Source: Candidatus Saccharimonadota bacterium
GTDB lineage: Archaea > Micrarchaeota > Micrarchaeia > Micrarchaeales > Micrarchaeaceae
NCBI GenBank assembly: GCA_963698035.1
Contig: OY969114.1
Span: forward strand, 510,001 to 542,000
DNA length: 32,000 nucleotides
Reading direction: 5' to 3'
In this document: positions 23,239 through 32,000 of the stretch, piece after piece
How the letters are laid out: each line of letters begins with the position of its first letter
Position numbering within the stretch: position 1 is the stretch's first letter
Made by a program: the position numbers and the translations under genes
Notes under the pieces: generated by a model
Told to the model about the DNA's origin: nothing
Databases searched by the model: none
Seen by the model: the letters and a program-made list of their open reading frames with translations, nothing else

Positions 23239-23766
23239 TCACGAAAGTATCTCAAGATTGTAGTTCTTCTTCACGAACTCGCTTATCATGCCCCGGTCTA
23301 CGATTCCATGCCTGTTCGGTATGGCCGCCGCAGAGCGCTTCCTGGTCCTGACACGCCCACCCCTTCGCCCGAACGCCACGTTGACATTCATTCCGAGCAT
23401 GCCTATCGCAGGGTCGTACTTTATGCCGCGTATGTCTATATACTCCTTTATCCCGAAGCTCAACGAGTTCGGCGTTATGGAGGAATCCTTTATGCGGTTG
23501 TCAACCGCGTCGAGCAGCCTCTTGAGCAGCTCGTTGGCACCCTTGCCGCGCAGCGTTACGAATGCGCCGATCCTCTGTCCCTTCGTTATCTTGAATGCCG
23601 GCCTCCTCTTCTTGGATATCTCATCAGCGGGCTTCCTACCGGTTATGAGTTCCAGCAGCCTCCTCGCCGCAGCATTCTGTTTCTCGTCGCTGCCGCTCCC
23701 GATGTTTATCACCAGCTTGCTTATCCTGACTTCCTGCATCGGATTGGGCTCTGCCATTTCACTCAA
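23239..23766 (-). CDS. rpl5: 50S ribosomal protein uL5
   Basis: [11 protein letters not shown]...[15 protein letters not shown]...[12 protein letters not shown] pattern. Confidence 0.9.
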   Translation of the reverse strand: MSEMAEPNPMQEVRISKLVINIGSGSDEKQNAAARRLLELITGRKPADEISKKRRPAFKITKGQRIGAFVTLRGKGANELLKRLLDAVDNRIKDSSITPNSLSFGIKEYIDIRGIKYDPAIGMLGMNVNVAFGRRGGRVRTRKRSAAAIPNRHGIVDRGMISEFVKKNYNLEILS

Positions 23767-24433
23767 CTACCATTATGTTCCTCAGGAGGGTCTCAAACTC
23801 ATTTCCGGAGCCTCCGTCAACGAGGACGGAAGGCGCAACGTTCGCGGTTCCCGGTTTTATCTCATTCACTGTTCCGGATTCGCCCACATGCACCCCCTCT
23901 ATTATTATGCACCTGCTTCCCTTCCCAAGCTTGATTACCTTTGCACCGCCAGCTTCAAGAACGACCGAGTCGTTCGCCATCGCGTCCTTCGGGGCCTTTG
24001 ATATGCTCCCGTCGTGCAGCCTCACCATTATCTGGCCTCCCTTCGTCTTGTACCTCTGCACAATCTTGCAGACCCTCGGAGCCTTCTGGTCTACCTTGTC
24101 TATCGTCACCTGCCCCCTGCTGTTTATGCCTATCTTGTATGACTGCTTCGCAGGAATAAGCTCTATTATGTCGTTGAGGCCGATAGGATACCTCGGCTCT
24201 ACGACAGGCTTTCCGTTGACCAGGAGCTCCCTTCTCTTTATCATCTTTGATCCCTCTGCACCTGTCGTAGCTATCCCTATCTTCCTTGCGAAGGATATGA
24301 GCGTGATGCTCCTCTGCAGGGAGTGCCTGCCCGCTACCGGCTTGGATATATAGACCTGCTCCTTCCTGTGGACCGCGTAATACTTGGGTGAAGCGAGACT
24401 CTTCATGTGCCTGTTGTTTCCCTTGCTTCCCAT
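23759..24433 (-). CDS. rps4e: 30S ribosomal protein eS4
   Basis: GNNRHMKSLASPKYY...VAGRHSLQRSITL pattern and KOW-like C-terminal region. Confidence 0.9.
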   Translation of the reverse strand: MGSKGNNRHMKSLASPKYYAVHRKEQVYISKPVAGRHSLQRSITLISFARKIGIATTGAEGSKMIKRRELLVNGKPVVEPRYPIGLNDIIELIPAKQSYKIGINSRGQVTIDKVDQKAPRVCKIVQRYKTKGGQIMVRLHDGSISKAPKDAMANDSVVLEAGGAKVIKLGKGSRCIIIEGVHVGESGTVNEIKPGTANVAPSVLVDGGSGNEFETLLRNIMVVE

Positions 24434-24933
24434 TATCTCATCTCGCTCTTCATGGGGATCTCCTTCTTCTCCGGCACCGGCGCAACGGCCGCTACGGTCA
24501 CTGCCGCTGCTGCAGGCGCAGCTTTCTGCTCCTGCTTCTGCTGTGGCTGCTCCTTCGCTTTCGTCTCCCTCTTCAACTTCAGCTTGTCCGCCCTCCTCTT
24601 GTCGGTGAGATTGAGATCCGTTATGTAAACGTTACTGCTGCTTATCGGTATCTGGAACTCCTTGCCCTTCGCGTCCTTCTTCTTCAGCGAGTCGATATAG
24701 AGCTTTCCTGTCCTCAAGTTTACCCTAGTGACCTTGCCGCTTGCGCCCCTCTTGGCCCCGCTCATCACCCTGACGGTGTCCCCCCTAGATACCTGGACCG
24801 CCCTGGTCTTCGTCGGCAGCTTCTGTCTGAGCGCCTTGTCCACGTGCACGTGGAGGAACTTCTGCCTCTCATGCATCGGTGCGGTGTACCTGAACAGGCG
24901 CTGCTTCCTCGGTTTGCTGCTGCTTATCATCAT
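24433..24933 (-). CDS. rpl24: 50S ribosomal protein uL24 with K/Q/A-rich C-terminal extension
   Basis: KPRKQRLFRYTAPMHERQKFLHVHV...GDTVRVMSGAKRGASGKV is a KOW motif. Confidence 0.9.
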   Translation of the reverse strand: MMISSSKPRKQRLFRYTAPMHERQKFLHVHVDKALRQKLPTKTRAVQVSRGDTVRVMSGAKRGASGKVTRVNLRTGKLYIDSLKKKDAKGKEFQIPISSSNVYITDLNLTDKRRADKLKLKRETKAKEQPQQKQEQKAAPAAAAVTVAAVAPVPEKKEIPMKSEMR

Positions 24934-25328
24934 ACCACCCTCGAGGCTATACCTGCAAGCTTTATATATCGCTCGACGACCTCTCGCGCCATCGCGCCCT
25001 TCACCTCTGTGCCGACCGGCAGATTCGTATCTGTTACGAGTATGCCCGCATTGTCCTCGAATCGCACCCTCATCCCGTTCGCCCTCCTTATCGGCTGCTT
25101 CTGCCTGATTATGACGACGCGCACCTTCTTCTTCAGGTACTGGGGGCTGCCGCTCTTCACGCTGGCGATGACGATGTCTCCTATCCCCGAAGAGGCAAGC
25201 CTTCCGTGCTTGCCCTGCTTGCCCAGCTTGTTTATTATCATCAGCGTCTTAGCTCCGCTATTGTCTGCGCATGTCAGCACAGAACTCGGTATGAGCGTCT
25301 TCGATATCCTCGCTGCAATGCTCTTCAT
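24930..25328 (-). CDS. rpl14: 50S ribosomal protein uL14
   Basis: LTCADNSGAKTLMII...GDIVIASVK...VRFEDNAGILV pattern. Confidence 0.9.
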   Translation of the reverse strand: MKSIAARISKTLIPSSVLTCADNSGAKTLMIINKLGKQGKHGRLASSGIGDIVIASVKSGSPQYLKKKVRVVIIRQKQPIRRANGMRVRFEDNAGILVTDTNLPVGTEVKGAMAREVVERYIKLAGIASRVV

Positions 25329-25642
25329 TTAGACGCCTTGTTGAGTATCTTTGTCACCACGAACGACTTGGTCTTGCTCAGCCTTCTCGTTCCGGATATT
25401 TCGACCGTGTCCCCGGTCTTCGCGTTTATGCATTCCGGATTGTAGGCAGGGATCCTCGAGGTGTTCCTCAGCGACCTCTCGTACTTCTTCAGGAGCGTGC
25501 TGTACTCCTTCTCGACAATAACAGTCTTGCGCGCCCTGTCGCTAACGACAACGCCCTCTATCCTATAGCCGTGCGTCTTGAGATTGCCGTGCAGCGGACA
25601 CTTTGGGTCTTTGCATTCCAATCGATCATCTCGGATTTTCAA
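25325..25642 (-). CDS. rps17: 30S ribosomal protein uS17
   Basis: CKDPKCPLHGNLKTHGYRIEGVVVSDRARKTVIVE...GDTVEISGTRRLSKTKSF. Confidence 0.9.
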   Translation of the reverse strand: MKIRDDRLECKDPKCPLHGNLKTHGYRIEGVVVSDRARKTVIVEKEYSTLLKKYERSLRNTSRIPAYNPECINAKTGDTVEISGTRRLSKTKSFVVTKILNKASK

Positions 25643-25659
25643 TTCTCAATGTTACTCCT

Positions 25660-25956
25660 TCAAGCGCGTCTTCTCCTGTAGAACCTGAGGCTCTTCTCCA
25701 GGCGCTCGTGCGGCCTGAAATTTATTTCTTCGCCGCTCACTCTAAACCTCTTTTTCCCAAAAAGGAATTTAAAGGTTGACGATAGCTTTGGCACCCTCTT
25801 TCTGCCCTTGTCGGTCTCTATCACAAGGGTGTTTTTGGTCTCGTTGATGACCCTTCCCTTGATACCGATTCGGGAGCGATCAGCGCTTCCCGTCACTTCC
25901 ACATCCAAGCCTATAAGCTCGTGGAGGACGATATTCTTATCATTATAATTGGGCAT
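25660..25956 (-). CDS. rnp1: RNase P protein component 1 (Rpp29/Pop4 homolog)
   Basis: LHELIGLDVEVTGSADRSRIGIKGRVINETKNTLVIETDKGRKRVPK matches the family pattern. It sits in the canonical position upstream of uS17. ATG 25956 is preferred because the TATA-like box at 26001-26008 would place the TSS downstream of GTG 25986. Confidence 0.8.
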   Translation of the reverse strand: MPNYNDKNIVLHELIGLDVEVTGSADRSRIGIKGRVINETKNTLVIETDKGRKRVPKLSSTFKFLFGKKRFRVSGEEINFRPHERLEKSLRFYRRRRA

Positions 25957-26000
25957 ATTTAAACCTTTCTCAGTCTTCGTCTTCACGATAGGTAAATGAA

Positions 26001-26008
26001 TTTTATAT
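26001..26008 (-). promoter_or_regulatory. TATA-like box for the rnp1-to-DUF99 operon
   Basis: The minus strand reads ATATAAAA, about 45 nt upstream of ATG 25956, in the only sizeable intergenic gap flanking the operon. Confidence 0.4.
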
Positions 26009-26062
26009 CACTATGCTTTCTGGTTCCGTTGGGCTCTTCCCCATGGCATAAGCTCCGAAGGG

Positions 26063-26072
26063 AATAAATATA
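26063..26072 (+). promoter_or_regulatory. TATA-like box for aspS
   Basis: AATAAATATA is centred about 27 nt upstream of 26094, just before the GTG 26093 and ATG 26105 starts. Confidence 0.4.
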
Positions 26073-26104
26073 CAAAGCACTCTGTTATTCCTGTGAGTGT
26101 TTGC

Positions 26105-27394
26105 ATGATAAGGACGCACTATGCCTCCCAGCTGGATGCCGAAATGGATGGCGAGGAGGTCACGCTGGCAGGATGGGTCCACGAGGTGAGGGTGACCTCC
26201 AACATAACCTTCCTGGTTTTAAGGGACGGCAGCGGCGTGGTGCAGGTCATAGGCAAGAAGGGCGAGACCTCCGATGAGATAATAGAACAAATGTCGCTCC
26301 CGAAGGAGAGCGTCATATCCGTGACAGGGCGCATAAAGGCTAACAAGGAGGCGAAGAGGGGCTTTGAGATTGTGCCCAAATCGGTCACAAACCTGAACCC
26401 TCTCTCAAGGAACATACCGTTCGACGTGACGGGCAAGGTTCCCGCGGAGATAGACACAAGGCTGAACTATAGGTACATAGACCTGAGGAGGGCCGGCCCC
26501 ACGGCGATATTCCGCATACAATCGACGATAATCAACACCTTCGTATCGTTCTTTGCAAAGAAGGGGTTCATCCAGATAAGGACCCCTTCAATAATTGCCG
26601 AGGCGAGCGAGGGCGGATCGGAGCTCTTCCCAGTCAAATACTTTGATGCAGACGCCTATCTCGCCCAATCGCCGCAGCTCTACAAGCAGCTTGCGATAAT
26701 AGGGGGGCTCGACAGGGTCGCAATGATCGTCCCGGCTTTCAGGGCTGAGAAGTCCAATACGGTCTACCACATAACCGAATGCACCCAGATGGACATAGAG
26801 CTCGGCTTCGCAGATGCTGGGGATGCGATCGGTTTGCTCTCCAAGTGCGTTATAGCGATCATAAAAGCGGTGAGGGAGAAGAACAAGAAGGAGCTCGACA
26901 CACTCGGCATAGAGCTCAAGGTCCCCAAGATAAAGACCATCACATACACAAACGCGATCAAGAAGCTCAAGTCGGATGGCTTCAGCATAGAGTTCGGCCA
27001 TGACTTCTCTAAAGAGCACGAGAAGGGAATAGAAAAAATATTTGGCGAGGCTGTCATAGTGAAGGACTTCCCGGCAGAGATAAGGGCATTCTATTCGATG
27101 CCGAAGGAATCCAATCCGAAGCTGACGGAGAGCTTCGACATGCTTTACAAGGGCTTTGAGATATCGAGCGGCGCGCAGAGGATACACAAACCCGACCTCA
27201 TTATAGAGTCGCTGAAGAAGAAGGGGCTAAACCCAGATAATTTCAGATTCTACATAGACGCATTCAGGTGCGGGGCTCCGCCGCACGCCGGATGGAGCAT
27301 AGGGCTCGAGAGGCTTACGATGTCCATAACCGGCTCGAAGAACATAAGGGAGGCATCCCTCTTTCCGAGGGACAGAAAGAGGCTGACACCGTAA
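26105..27394 (+). CDS. aspS: Aspartyl-tRNA synthetase, archaeal type (class IIb)
   Basis: An N-terminal OB anticodon-binding domain (VTLAGWVHEVR). Motif 2 FRAEKSNTVYHITECTQMDIE. Motif 3 GAPPHAGWSIGLERL. Confidence 0.9.
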   Translation: MIRTHYASQLDAEMDGEEVTLAGWVHEVRVTSNITFLVLRDGSGVVQVIGKKGETSDEIIEQMSLPKESVISVTGRIKANKEAKRGFEIVPKSVTNLNPLSRNIPFDVTGKVPAEIDTRLNYRYIDLRRAGPTAIFRIQSTIINTFVSFFAKKGFIQIRTPSIIAEASEGGSELFPVKYFDADAYLAQSPQLYKQLAIIGGLDRVAMIVPAFRAEKSNTVYHITECTQMDIELGFADAGDAIGLLSKCVIAIIKAVREKNKKELDTLGIELKVPKIKTITYTNAIKKLKSDGFSIEFGHDFSKEHEKGIEKIFGEAVIVKDFPAEIRAFYSMPKESNPKLTESFDMLYKGFEISSGAQRIHKPDLIIESLKKKGLNPDNFRFYIDAFRCGAPPHAGWSIGLERLTMSITGSKNIREASLFPRDRKRLTP

Positions 27395-27409
27395 CTTGCG
27401 CAGCGCGCC

Positions 27410-28642
27410 CTACTTCACGATTATTCTGTCCGTGATACTGGTTATCCTGTCTATGTCGTACCTTATCACGTTCCCATAATCGGTCTTTATCATCATTATG
27501 CCCCTTTTCGGGTCTATCGCGGTGACCTTCCCGACATACGCGCCGATGTCGTTTATCACCTGCTTGTCCTTCATCCTCACCCTCTTTATCGCCCTCTTCC
27601 TCAGCGCGGAGCTGAACCTTGCAATCAGGTAGCCGAAGACTATCGCAACGCCGCAGAAGAGCAGGAACTGCCAGAAGTATATCTGGCCGACGAGCCACGC
27701 GGCTGTGAGGTAGACTATCGCCAGGGTTATTATCCCGTAGCCGAGGTAGGTCCCCTGCGTTATCGCGCGGTAGCGCAAGCGCTTGTTCTCGAAGTCCATC
27801 ACCCTTCCGACCAGGTAGAGCACAAGGCTAATAGGGAAAAGTATAAGGAAGCCCTCCATGGCAGACGCTCCGAGAGTGAGCGGATTGCTCGTCGTAGCAA
27901 GCACGTTTGTGTAAGCTCCGTATCCTATTATCAGGCTTAGTATGAAGAAGATTATGGAGCTTGCATAGAAGACAAAACTGAGGCGCTCTATGCTAAAGCC
28001 AAGCCCTCTGAACGAGTGCACAAGCGAGTCTTCCACTCCGAAGCCCTTCACTATGAGGTATATTCCTATCACCGCAACAGGCAGCTGCCATCCGAAGTTC
28101 AGGTAGTAGCTGACTGCGAAGAGAAGCAGCAATATGGCAGGTATGCCGAAGACTATCCTCGCGTAGTGGGGCTCCTTCAGCTTCTCGAATAGTGTGAAGT
28201 AGGCGCTCTCGAGTGCCTCGGACTGCTTTATCCTTACGATGTCGACGCTATTCACATCTATCCTCGTCTTCAGCATCGGCAGGACTCTCATGTCGCTCGC
28301 GCCGTCGGTCACCAGGACGCAGGCGTCAGCCTTCGACCTGTCGAGTACTATGTCCAGCTGCCTTGCAACGGCCGAGTCCGCTACGTAGCCCTCCTTTTCT
28401 GCGCCCGTTATCGTCGCAATCGAGACCGAGTAACCCTTCTTCCTCAGCTCGTCGTATTTCTTCACCGCCTCGAACATCGTGTTCGCGTCGGAATCCTGGG
28501 GGTCTGCGAGCGCGAGCTTCGCTGCAGCCTTGAGGTTGGCCTCCTTTCCGAGCACAGGCCCGGCTATCTTTGCCTTCCTGTACAGGTCGTTGTCTATGTC
28601 AACTGCAAGAACAATGAGGCGTTCGGCCATTTTTTCATCCAC
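27410..28642 (-). CDS. DUF373-family archaeal integral membrane protein
   Basis: A soluble N-terminal domain (LAVDIDNDLYRKAKIAGPVLGKEANLKAAAKLALADPQDSDAN...VLVTDGASD) is followed by about 6 TM helices. The family call is from memory of the conserved N-terminal pattern. Confidence 0.6.
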   Translation of the reverse strand: MDEKMAERLIVLAVDIDNDLYRKAKIAGPVLGKEANLKAAAKLALADPQDSDANTMFEAVKKYDELRKKGYSVSIATITGAEKEGYVADSAVARQLDIVLDRSKADACVLVTDGASDMRVLPMLKTRIDVNSVDIVRIKQSEALESAYFTLFEKLKEPHYARIVFGIPAILLLLFAVSYYLNFGWQLPVAVIGIYLIVKGFGVEDSLVHSFRGLGFSIERLSFVFYASSIIFFILSLIIGYGAYTNVLATTSNPLTLGASAMEGFLILFPISLVLYLVGRVMDFENKRLRYRAITQGTYLGYGIITLAIVYLTAAWLVGQIYFWQFLLFCGVAIVFGYLIARFSSALRKRAIKRVRMKDKQVINDIGAYVGKVTAIDPKRGIMMIKTDYGNVIRYDIDRITSITDRIIVK

Positions 28643-28778
28643 CGACGAATATCAGCACTAAACTTAAGGTTCGAACAGAATAAAAACCTTTATATTTGTT
28701 ATGGTAATGTTCAATACAAACCTTGACAGCTCTGCGCAACGCATTTATGTGTGCAAATCATATAGAAAAGGTGCAACT

Positions 28779-29012
28779 ATGCCTGGCAACTGCTCTGACA
28801 CGACGATAATGACACCCACCCTCAACGAAGAGGAAAACATAGGGCAGTCCATTACCACGGTTACTAAAAGATATCCTGGCGTAAGCGAGATAACCTGCCC
28901 CAATTTCCCCGAGAGGAGGCATGGAGGGTCGAAGATGAGGGCAAGGCACATCCCCCTCAATCCCGATGTCCGTAATCAAATGATGGTCGCATGCCTTACA
29001 ACAGCAGCATAG
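28779..29012 (+). pseudogene. Probable remnant of a GT2 (Dpm1-like) glycosyltransferase: only the N-terminal ~40 aa are recognisable
   Basis: TTIMTPTLNEEENIGQSITTVTKRYPGVSEI resembles the GT2 N-terminus (IPTYNEEENI...YP..EII). The expected VVDDGS.D continuation is absent in all three forward frames. The ORF runs into the flippase start. Confidence 0.3.
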
Positions 29013-30580
29013 AGTCAAAGATAGACGAGGAGACGAGCGAGCTCGGCGCGCAGACAGCGGGCACCGCCAGCTACGTGCTGATAGGCAAGCTCTCTTCGAT
29101 AATATTCCTCGGTGCCGCCTTCATAATACTCGCAAGGCTCTTGGGTCCTAGCGAGTACGGCGTCTACACACTTGCGCTCGGCGCGGCAGGCTTCTTCGGC
29201 GCGGTAGGGAACCTTGGCGTCAGCACCGCGATGAACAAGTTCATACCTGAGCACGTCTACAAGAAAGACAAGAAGGCGCTCGAGGAGCTTCTCGCCAATG
29301 CGTTCTTTGTAACCATAATCACCGGCGTAGTGCTTTCTCTCCTATCAATAGCATTCAGCAGCTTCATAGCATCATATATATTCCATGACCCTGCCTATAC
29401 GCTGGTCATAGAGATTGCCTCGGTTTCCATACTCTCATCCATGCTCTTCGGTGCAGCGTACTCTGCTCTTCTGGGCTTCAACAAGGGGCAGCACATCGCG
29501 ATGATAAATACGACCCAGGCGGTCATACAATCGGTGCTGTCTGTGACATTCGTGCTGCTCGGCTTCGGCGCAGCAGGCCCGATACTTGGAATGATATTCG
29601 GTTATACCACCGCATTCCTCTACTCGATATACCTGATATACGTCAAGAACGGGCTCAGGATACTTGTGGCGCCATCAGCGAAGGCGATAAGGAAGATATT
29701 CTCCTTCTCACTGCCGATAGCTGCATCCGGTGCGCTTGGGGGCGCTGCCGGAAACCTCTCTGTGATAGTACTGGGGGCATATGCCACCACGGTTGTATTA
29801 GGAAACGTCGGCATTGCATCTAGGGTCAGCGGGCTTATAGACATAATATCCGGGTCGATCAGCGTCTCTCTCCTGTCGATGTACTCCACCACGCTTGCGA
29901 GCAAGAACATAAGCAAGAAGATAAACAAGTTCTACAACTACACCATCTACTACTCCTTCATACTGCTCACGCCGATACTGCTCTTCATAGCCACCCTGGC
30001 GAAGCCATTCTCGTACGTGGCGTTCAGCGGAATCTACTCCATCGCCCCCATCTACATAACCATAATGTGCATGGGGACGATTGTCAGTATAATAGGCGGG
30101 TACGCCAGCACGCTGCTCATAAGCGCTAATAAGGTAAAGGAGGTGCTGAAGTACAACGCGGCGATAGCGCTGGCAGAGATAGTGCTCCTCTTCGTTTTTG
30201 TGCCGCTCTTCAAGGGGATGGGGTTTGTCGCGCTCATCTACGGAATAGTCCCGGTCGCCACCTCGATCCTTTTCGCGAGGGCGTCGGCAAAGCTCTTCAA
30301 GCTGAACTTCAACTTCACCAAGCTCTACAGGATACTGTCAGCGAATGCGGTAGCGATGCTGATTTTTCTGCCGCTGATAGTACTCTGGGGCGCCAACTAC
30401 ATACCATTGCTGATAACCGCCGTGCTCGGCATACTTCTCATCTATCCTGCGCTTCTCGCACTCTTCAAGGGTATAGATAGGCACGACATAGAGGCGATGA
30501 GGACGATGACTGCGAAGATCCCAATAGTGAGTACAGTGCTAGGTCAGCTGCTAGGCTACTCCTCCAGGTTTGTCAGATGA
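28991..30580 (+). CDS. Oligo/polysaccharide flippase (Wzx/MOP superfamily)
   Basis: About 12-14 TM helices. The N-terminal pattern GKLSSIIFLGAAFIILARLLGPSEYGVYTLA is typical of polysaccharide biosynthesis/export proteins. Confidence 0.75.
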   Translation: MPYNSSIESKIDEETSELGAQTAGTASYVLIGKLSSIIFLGAAFIILARLLGPSEYGVYTLALGAAGFFGAVGNLGVSTAMNKFIPEHVYKKDKKALEELLANAFFVTIITGVVLSLLSIAFSSFIASYIFHDPAYTLVIEIASVSILSSMLFGAAYSALLGFNKGQHIAMINTTQAVIQSVLSVTFVLLGFGAAGPILGMIFGYTTAFLYSIYLIYVKNGLRILVAPSAKAIRKIFSFSLPIAASGALGGAAGNLSVIVLGAYATTVVLGNVGIASRVSGLIDIISGSISVSLLSMYSTTLASKNISKKINKFYNYTIYYSFILLTPILLFIATLAKPFSYVAFSGIYSIAPIYITIMCMGTIVSIIGGYASTLLISANKVKEVLKYNAAIALAEIVLLFVFVPLFKGMGFVALIYGIVPVATSILFARASAKLFKLNFNFTKLYRILSANAVAMLIFLPLIVLWGANYIPLLITAVLGILLIYPALLALFKGIDRHDIEAMRTMTAKIPIVSTVLGQLLGYSSRFVR

Positions 30581-32000
30581 TCCTCTCGCAAGCGCGCTAC
30601 TTATAAAGTAGTCGAAGAGCGGCGCCGGCCTCCCAAGCTTGGACTTCAGCTCGGGGTGCGCCTGCGTTGCTACGCCAGGCGTATTCCTCCACTCCACAAA
30701 CTCGACGAGCGAGTTGTCCGGGGTCGTGCCGCTTATCACGAGCCCCTTCGATTCGAGAAGCCTCCTGTACCGGTTGTTCACCTCGTACCTGTGCCTGTGC
30801 CTCTCGCTTATCATGGTGCTTCCGTATGCAGCGTATGTCTGGGTTCCCTTCTTCAATCTTGCTGTCCACGCACCAAGGCGCATGGTTCCCCCCTTTCTCT
30901 TTATGTCCCTCTGCGATTCCATTATGTCTATTACCTTATGCGGGGATTTACTGTTGAATTCAGAGGAGTTCGCTTTCGAGAGGCCGCAGACATTCCTTGC
31001 GTATTCTATGACCATGAGCTGCATGCCAAAGCATATGCCCAGGTACGGCATCGAATTCTCCCTCGCATATCTTATCGCGTTGATCATACCCTCGGTGCCC
31101 CGCACGCCGAATCCTCCAGGCACGAGAATCCCATCCACGCCCGATAGTGGGGAGAGGTCGCCATTCTCGAGTTCGGTCGACTCGATCCACTTGAGCGAGA
31201 CCCCCGCGCCATTCTTCGCGCCCGCATGCACTAGAGCCTCCTTCACGCTGACGTAAGAGTCCTTGAGGTCTGTGTACTTACCGACTATGCCAATTCTCAC
31301 GCCCTTCTTGGGAGCGGATATACTTCTCGTAAGCCTCTCCCAGTCGTCGTGCCTCTTCCTGTTTATCTTCCTTGCCGGAAGGCCGAGGTCCTTTATCAGC
31401 ATTCTTCCCAGACCCTGCTTCTCCAGGTACAAGGGCAGATTATATATGCTGCCGTTGTCAGAGTCGTCGAGCACCCTCTCCCTGCTTATGCTGCTATAGA
31501 GCGCGATCTTGTCCTTCGCCTTCTCCTCAAGGGGACTGCTGCCCCTGCATATTATGTAATCGGGCTTTATCCCGAGCTGCATCAGCGACCTCACGCCTAT
31601 CTGCGTCGGCTTGGTCTTCTGCTCCCCCACAACATCTATCTTCGGCACATATGTAAGATTGACGAAGGCTACCCTGCTCTTGAGCGCAAGCTGCCTCATC
31701 GCCTCTACAAAGTAGCTGTTCTCTATGTCACCTACTGTGCCGCCCACCTCTATAACGAGTGCGTCCGCTTTCTGGGCCTTTGATATGCTCTCTATGCGGT
31801 TCAGTATCTCGTTTGTCAGGTGGGGTATTATCTGGACATCATTGCCAAGGTACTCACCCCTCCGCTCTTTCTCTATAACTGTGCTGAAAAGCTTGCCGCC
31901 GGTTATCGAGAGGCTGCCGTCTAGGGTGGTGTTCATGAACCTCTCGTACATGCCGAAGTCCATGTCGACCTCGCTTTTGTCATCAAGAACAAAAACCTCG
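30551..32000 (-). CDS. pyrG: CTP synthase, N-terminus beyond window edge
   Basis: GGTVGDIE, the glutamine amidotransferase site YLGICFGMQ, and RHRHRYEVN. The frame stays open upstream of the track's ATG 31963 to nt 32000 (EVFVLDDKSEVDMDFGMYERF). Confidence 0.9.
   Translation of the reverse strand, partial: EVFVLDDKSEVDMDFGMYERFMNTTLDGSLSITGGKLFSTVIEKERRGEYLGNDVQIIPHLTNEILNRIESISKAQKADALVIEVGGTVGDIENSYFVEAMRQLALKSRVAFVNLTYVPKIDVVGEQKTKPTQIGVRSLMQLGIKPDYIICRGSSPLEEKAKDKIALYSSISRERVLDDSDNGSIYNLPLYLEKQGLGRMLIKDLGLPARKINRKRHDDWERLTRSISAPKKGVRIGIVGKYTDLKDSYVSVKEALVHAGAKNGAGVSLKWIESTELENGDLSPLSGVDGILVPGGFGVRGTEGMINAIRYARENSMPYLGICFGMQLMVIEYARNVCGLSKANSSEFNSKSPHKVIDIMESQRDIKRKGGTMRLGAWTARLKKGTQTYAAYGSTMISERHRHRYEVNNRYRRLLESKGLVISGTTPDNSLVEFVEWRNTPGVATQAHPELKSKLGRPAPLFDYFISSALARGSSDKPGGVA

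Noticed and set aside
19365-25332. Long plus-strand ORFs (265, 279, 237, 208, 314 aa etc.) opposite the ribosomal protein operon
   Set aside because: Every one overlaps a confidently identified minus-strand r-protein, csl4 or rpoL gene. Their P/L/S/R-rich composition is typical of antisense frames of biased coding sequence.
28701-28778. Track start ATG 28701 (MVMFNTNLDSS...) as a real 103-aa gene
   Set aside because: The TATA-like box at about 28689-28698 would place the TSS downstream of this ATG. Only the segment after 28779 shows any protein-family resemblance (GT2 N-terminus), so I treated it as a pseudogene remnant.
30551-30580. 30-bp convergent 3'-end overlap of the flippase and pyrG ORFs as a regulatory feature
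   Set aside because: Short tail-to-tail overlaps are common in compact genomes. The non-conserved-looking C-terminal tails of both ORFs explain the overlap.

Overview
The window is archaeal. Evidence includes eL19, eL32 and eS4, RNase P protein Rnp1, RpoL and Csl4, BHB-type tRNA introns, and TATA-box promoters with short or no leaders.

Layout:
- 1-~5.9 kb: an AT-richer integrated plasmid or provirus-like element, cut by the window edge. It carries an SF1 helicase, a minimal tyrosine integrase, small Zn-ribbon and RHH-like ORFs, and an iteron-like region.
- 6-10.3 kb: an AT-rich phosphoribosyltransferase, a small membrane protein, a radical SAM enzyme, tRNA-Lys(UUU) and an HD phosphohydrolase.
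- 10.4-12.3 kb: tRNA-Ser(GGA) with two introns, one at the non-canonical 59/60 T-loop position. It abuts the uS13-uS4-uS11 operon.
- 12.3-14.5 kb, minus strand: a probably nuclease-dead LAGLIDADG gene directly downstream of an orphan 16S rRNA. The 16S has a flanking processing stem and divergent universal-primer sites.
- 14.7-18.5 kb: the most unusual locus. A protein with an archaeal pilin-type (class III) signal peptide carries about 3.8 near-identical 192-bp Ser/Thr/Ile repeats, a Cys-rich segment and a C-terminal Hint (intein/Hedgehog-like) domain. Two membrane-anchored, sequon-rich proteins follow it.
- 18.6-26 kb, minus strand: one tightly packed 17-gene operon, rnp1-uS17-uL14-uL24-eS4-uL5-uS14-uS8-uL6-eL32-eL19-uL18-uS5-csl4-rpoL-DUF99.
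- 26-32 kb: aspS, a DUF373 membrane protein, a GT2 remnant, a Wzx-like flippase and pyrG (partial).

The unlinked 16S, multi-intron tRNA and fragmented r-protein clusters suggest a DPANN/ARMAN-like lineage. This is inference only; no database search was possible.
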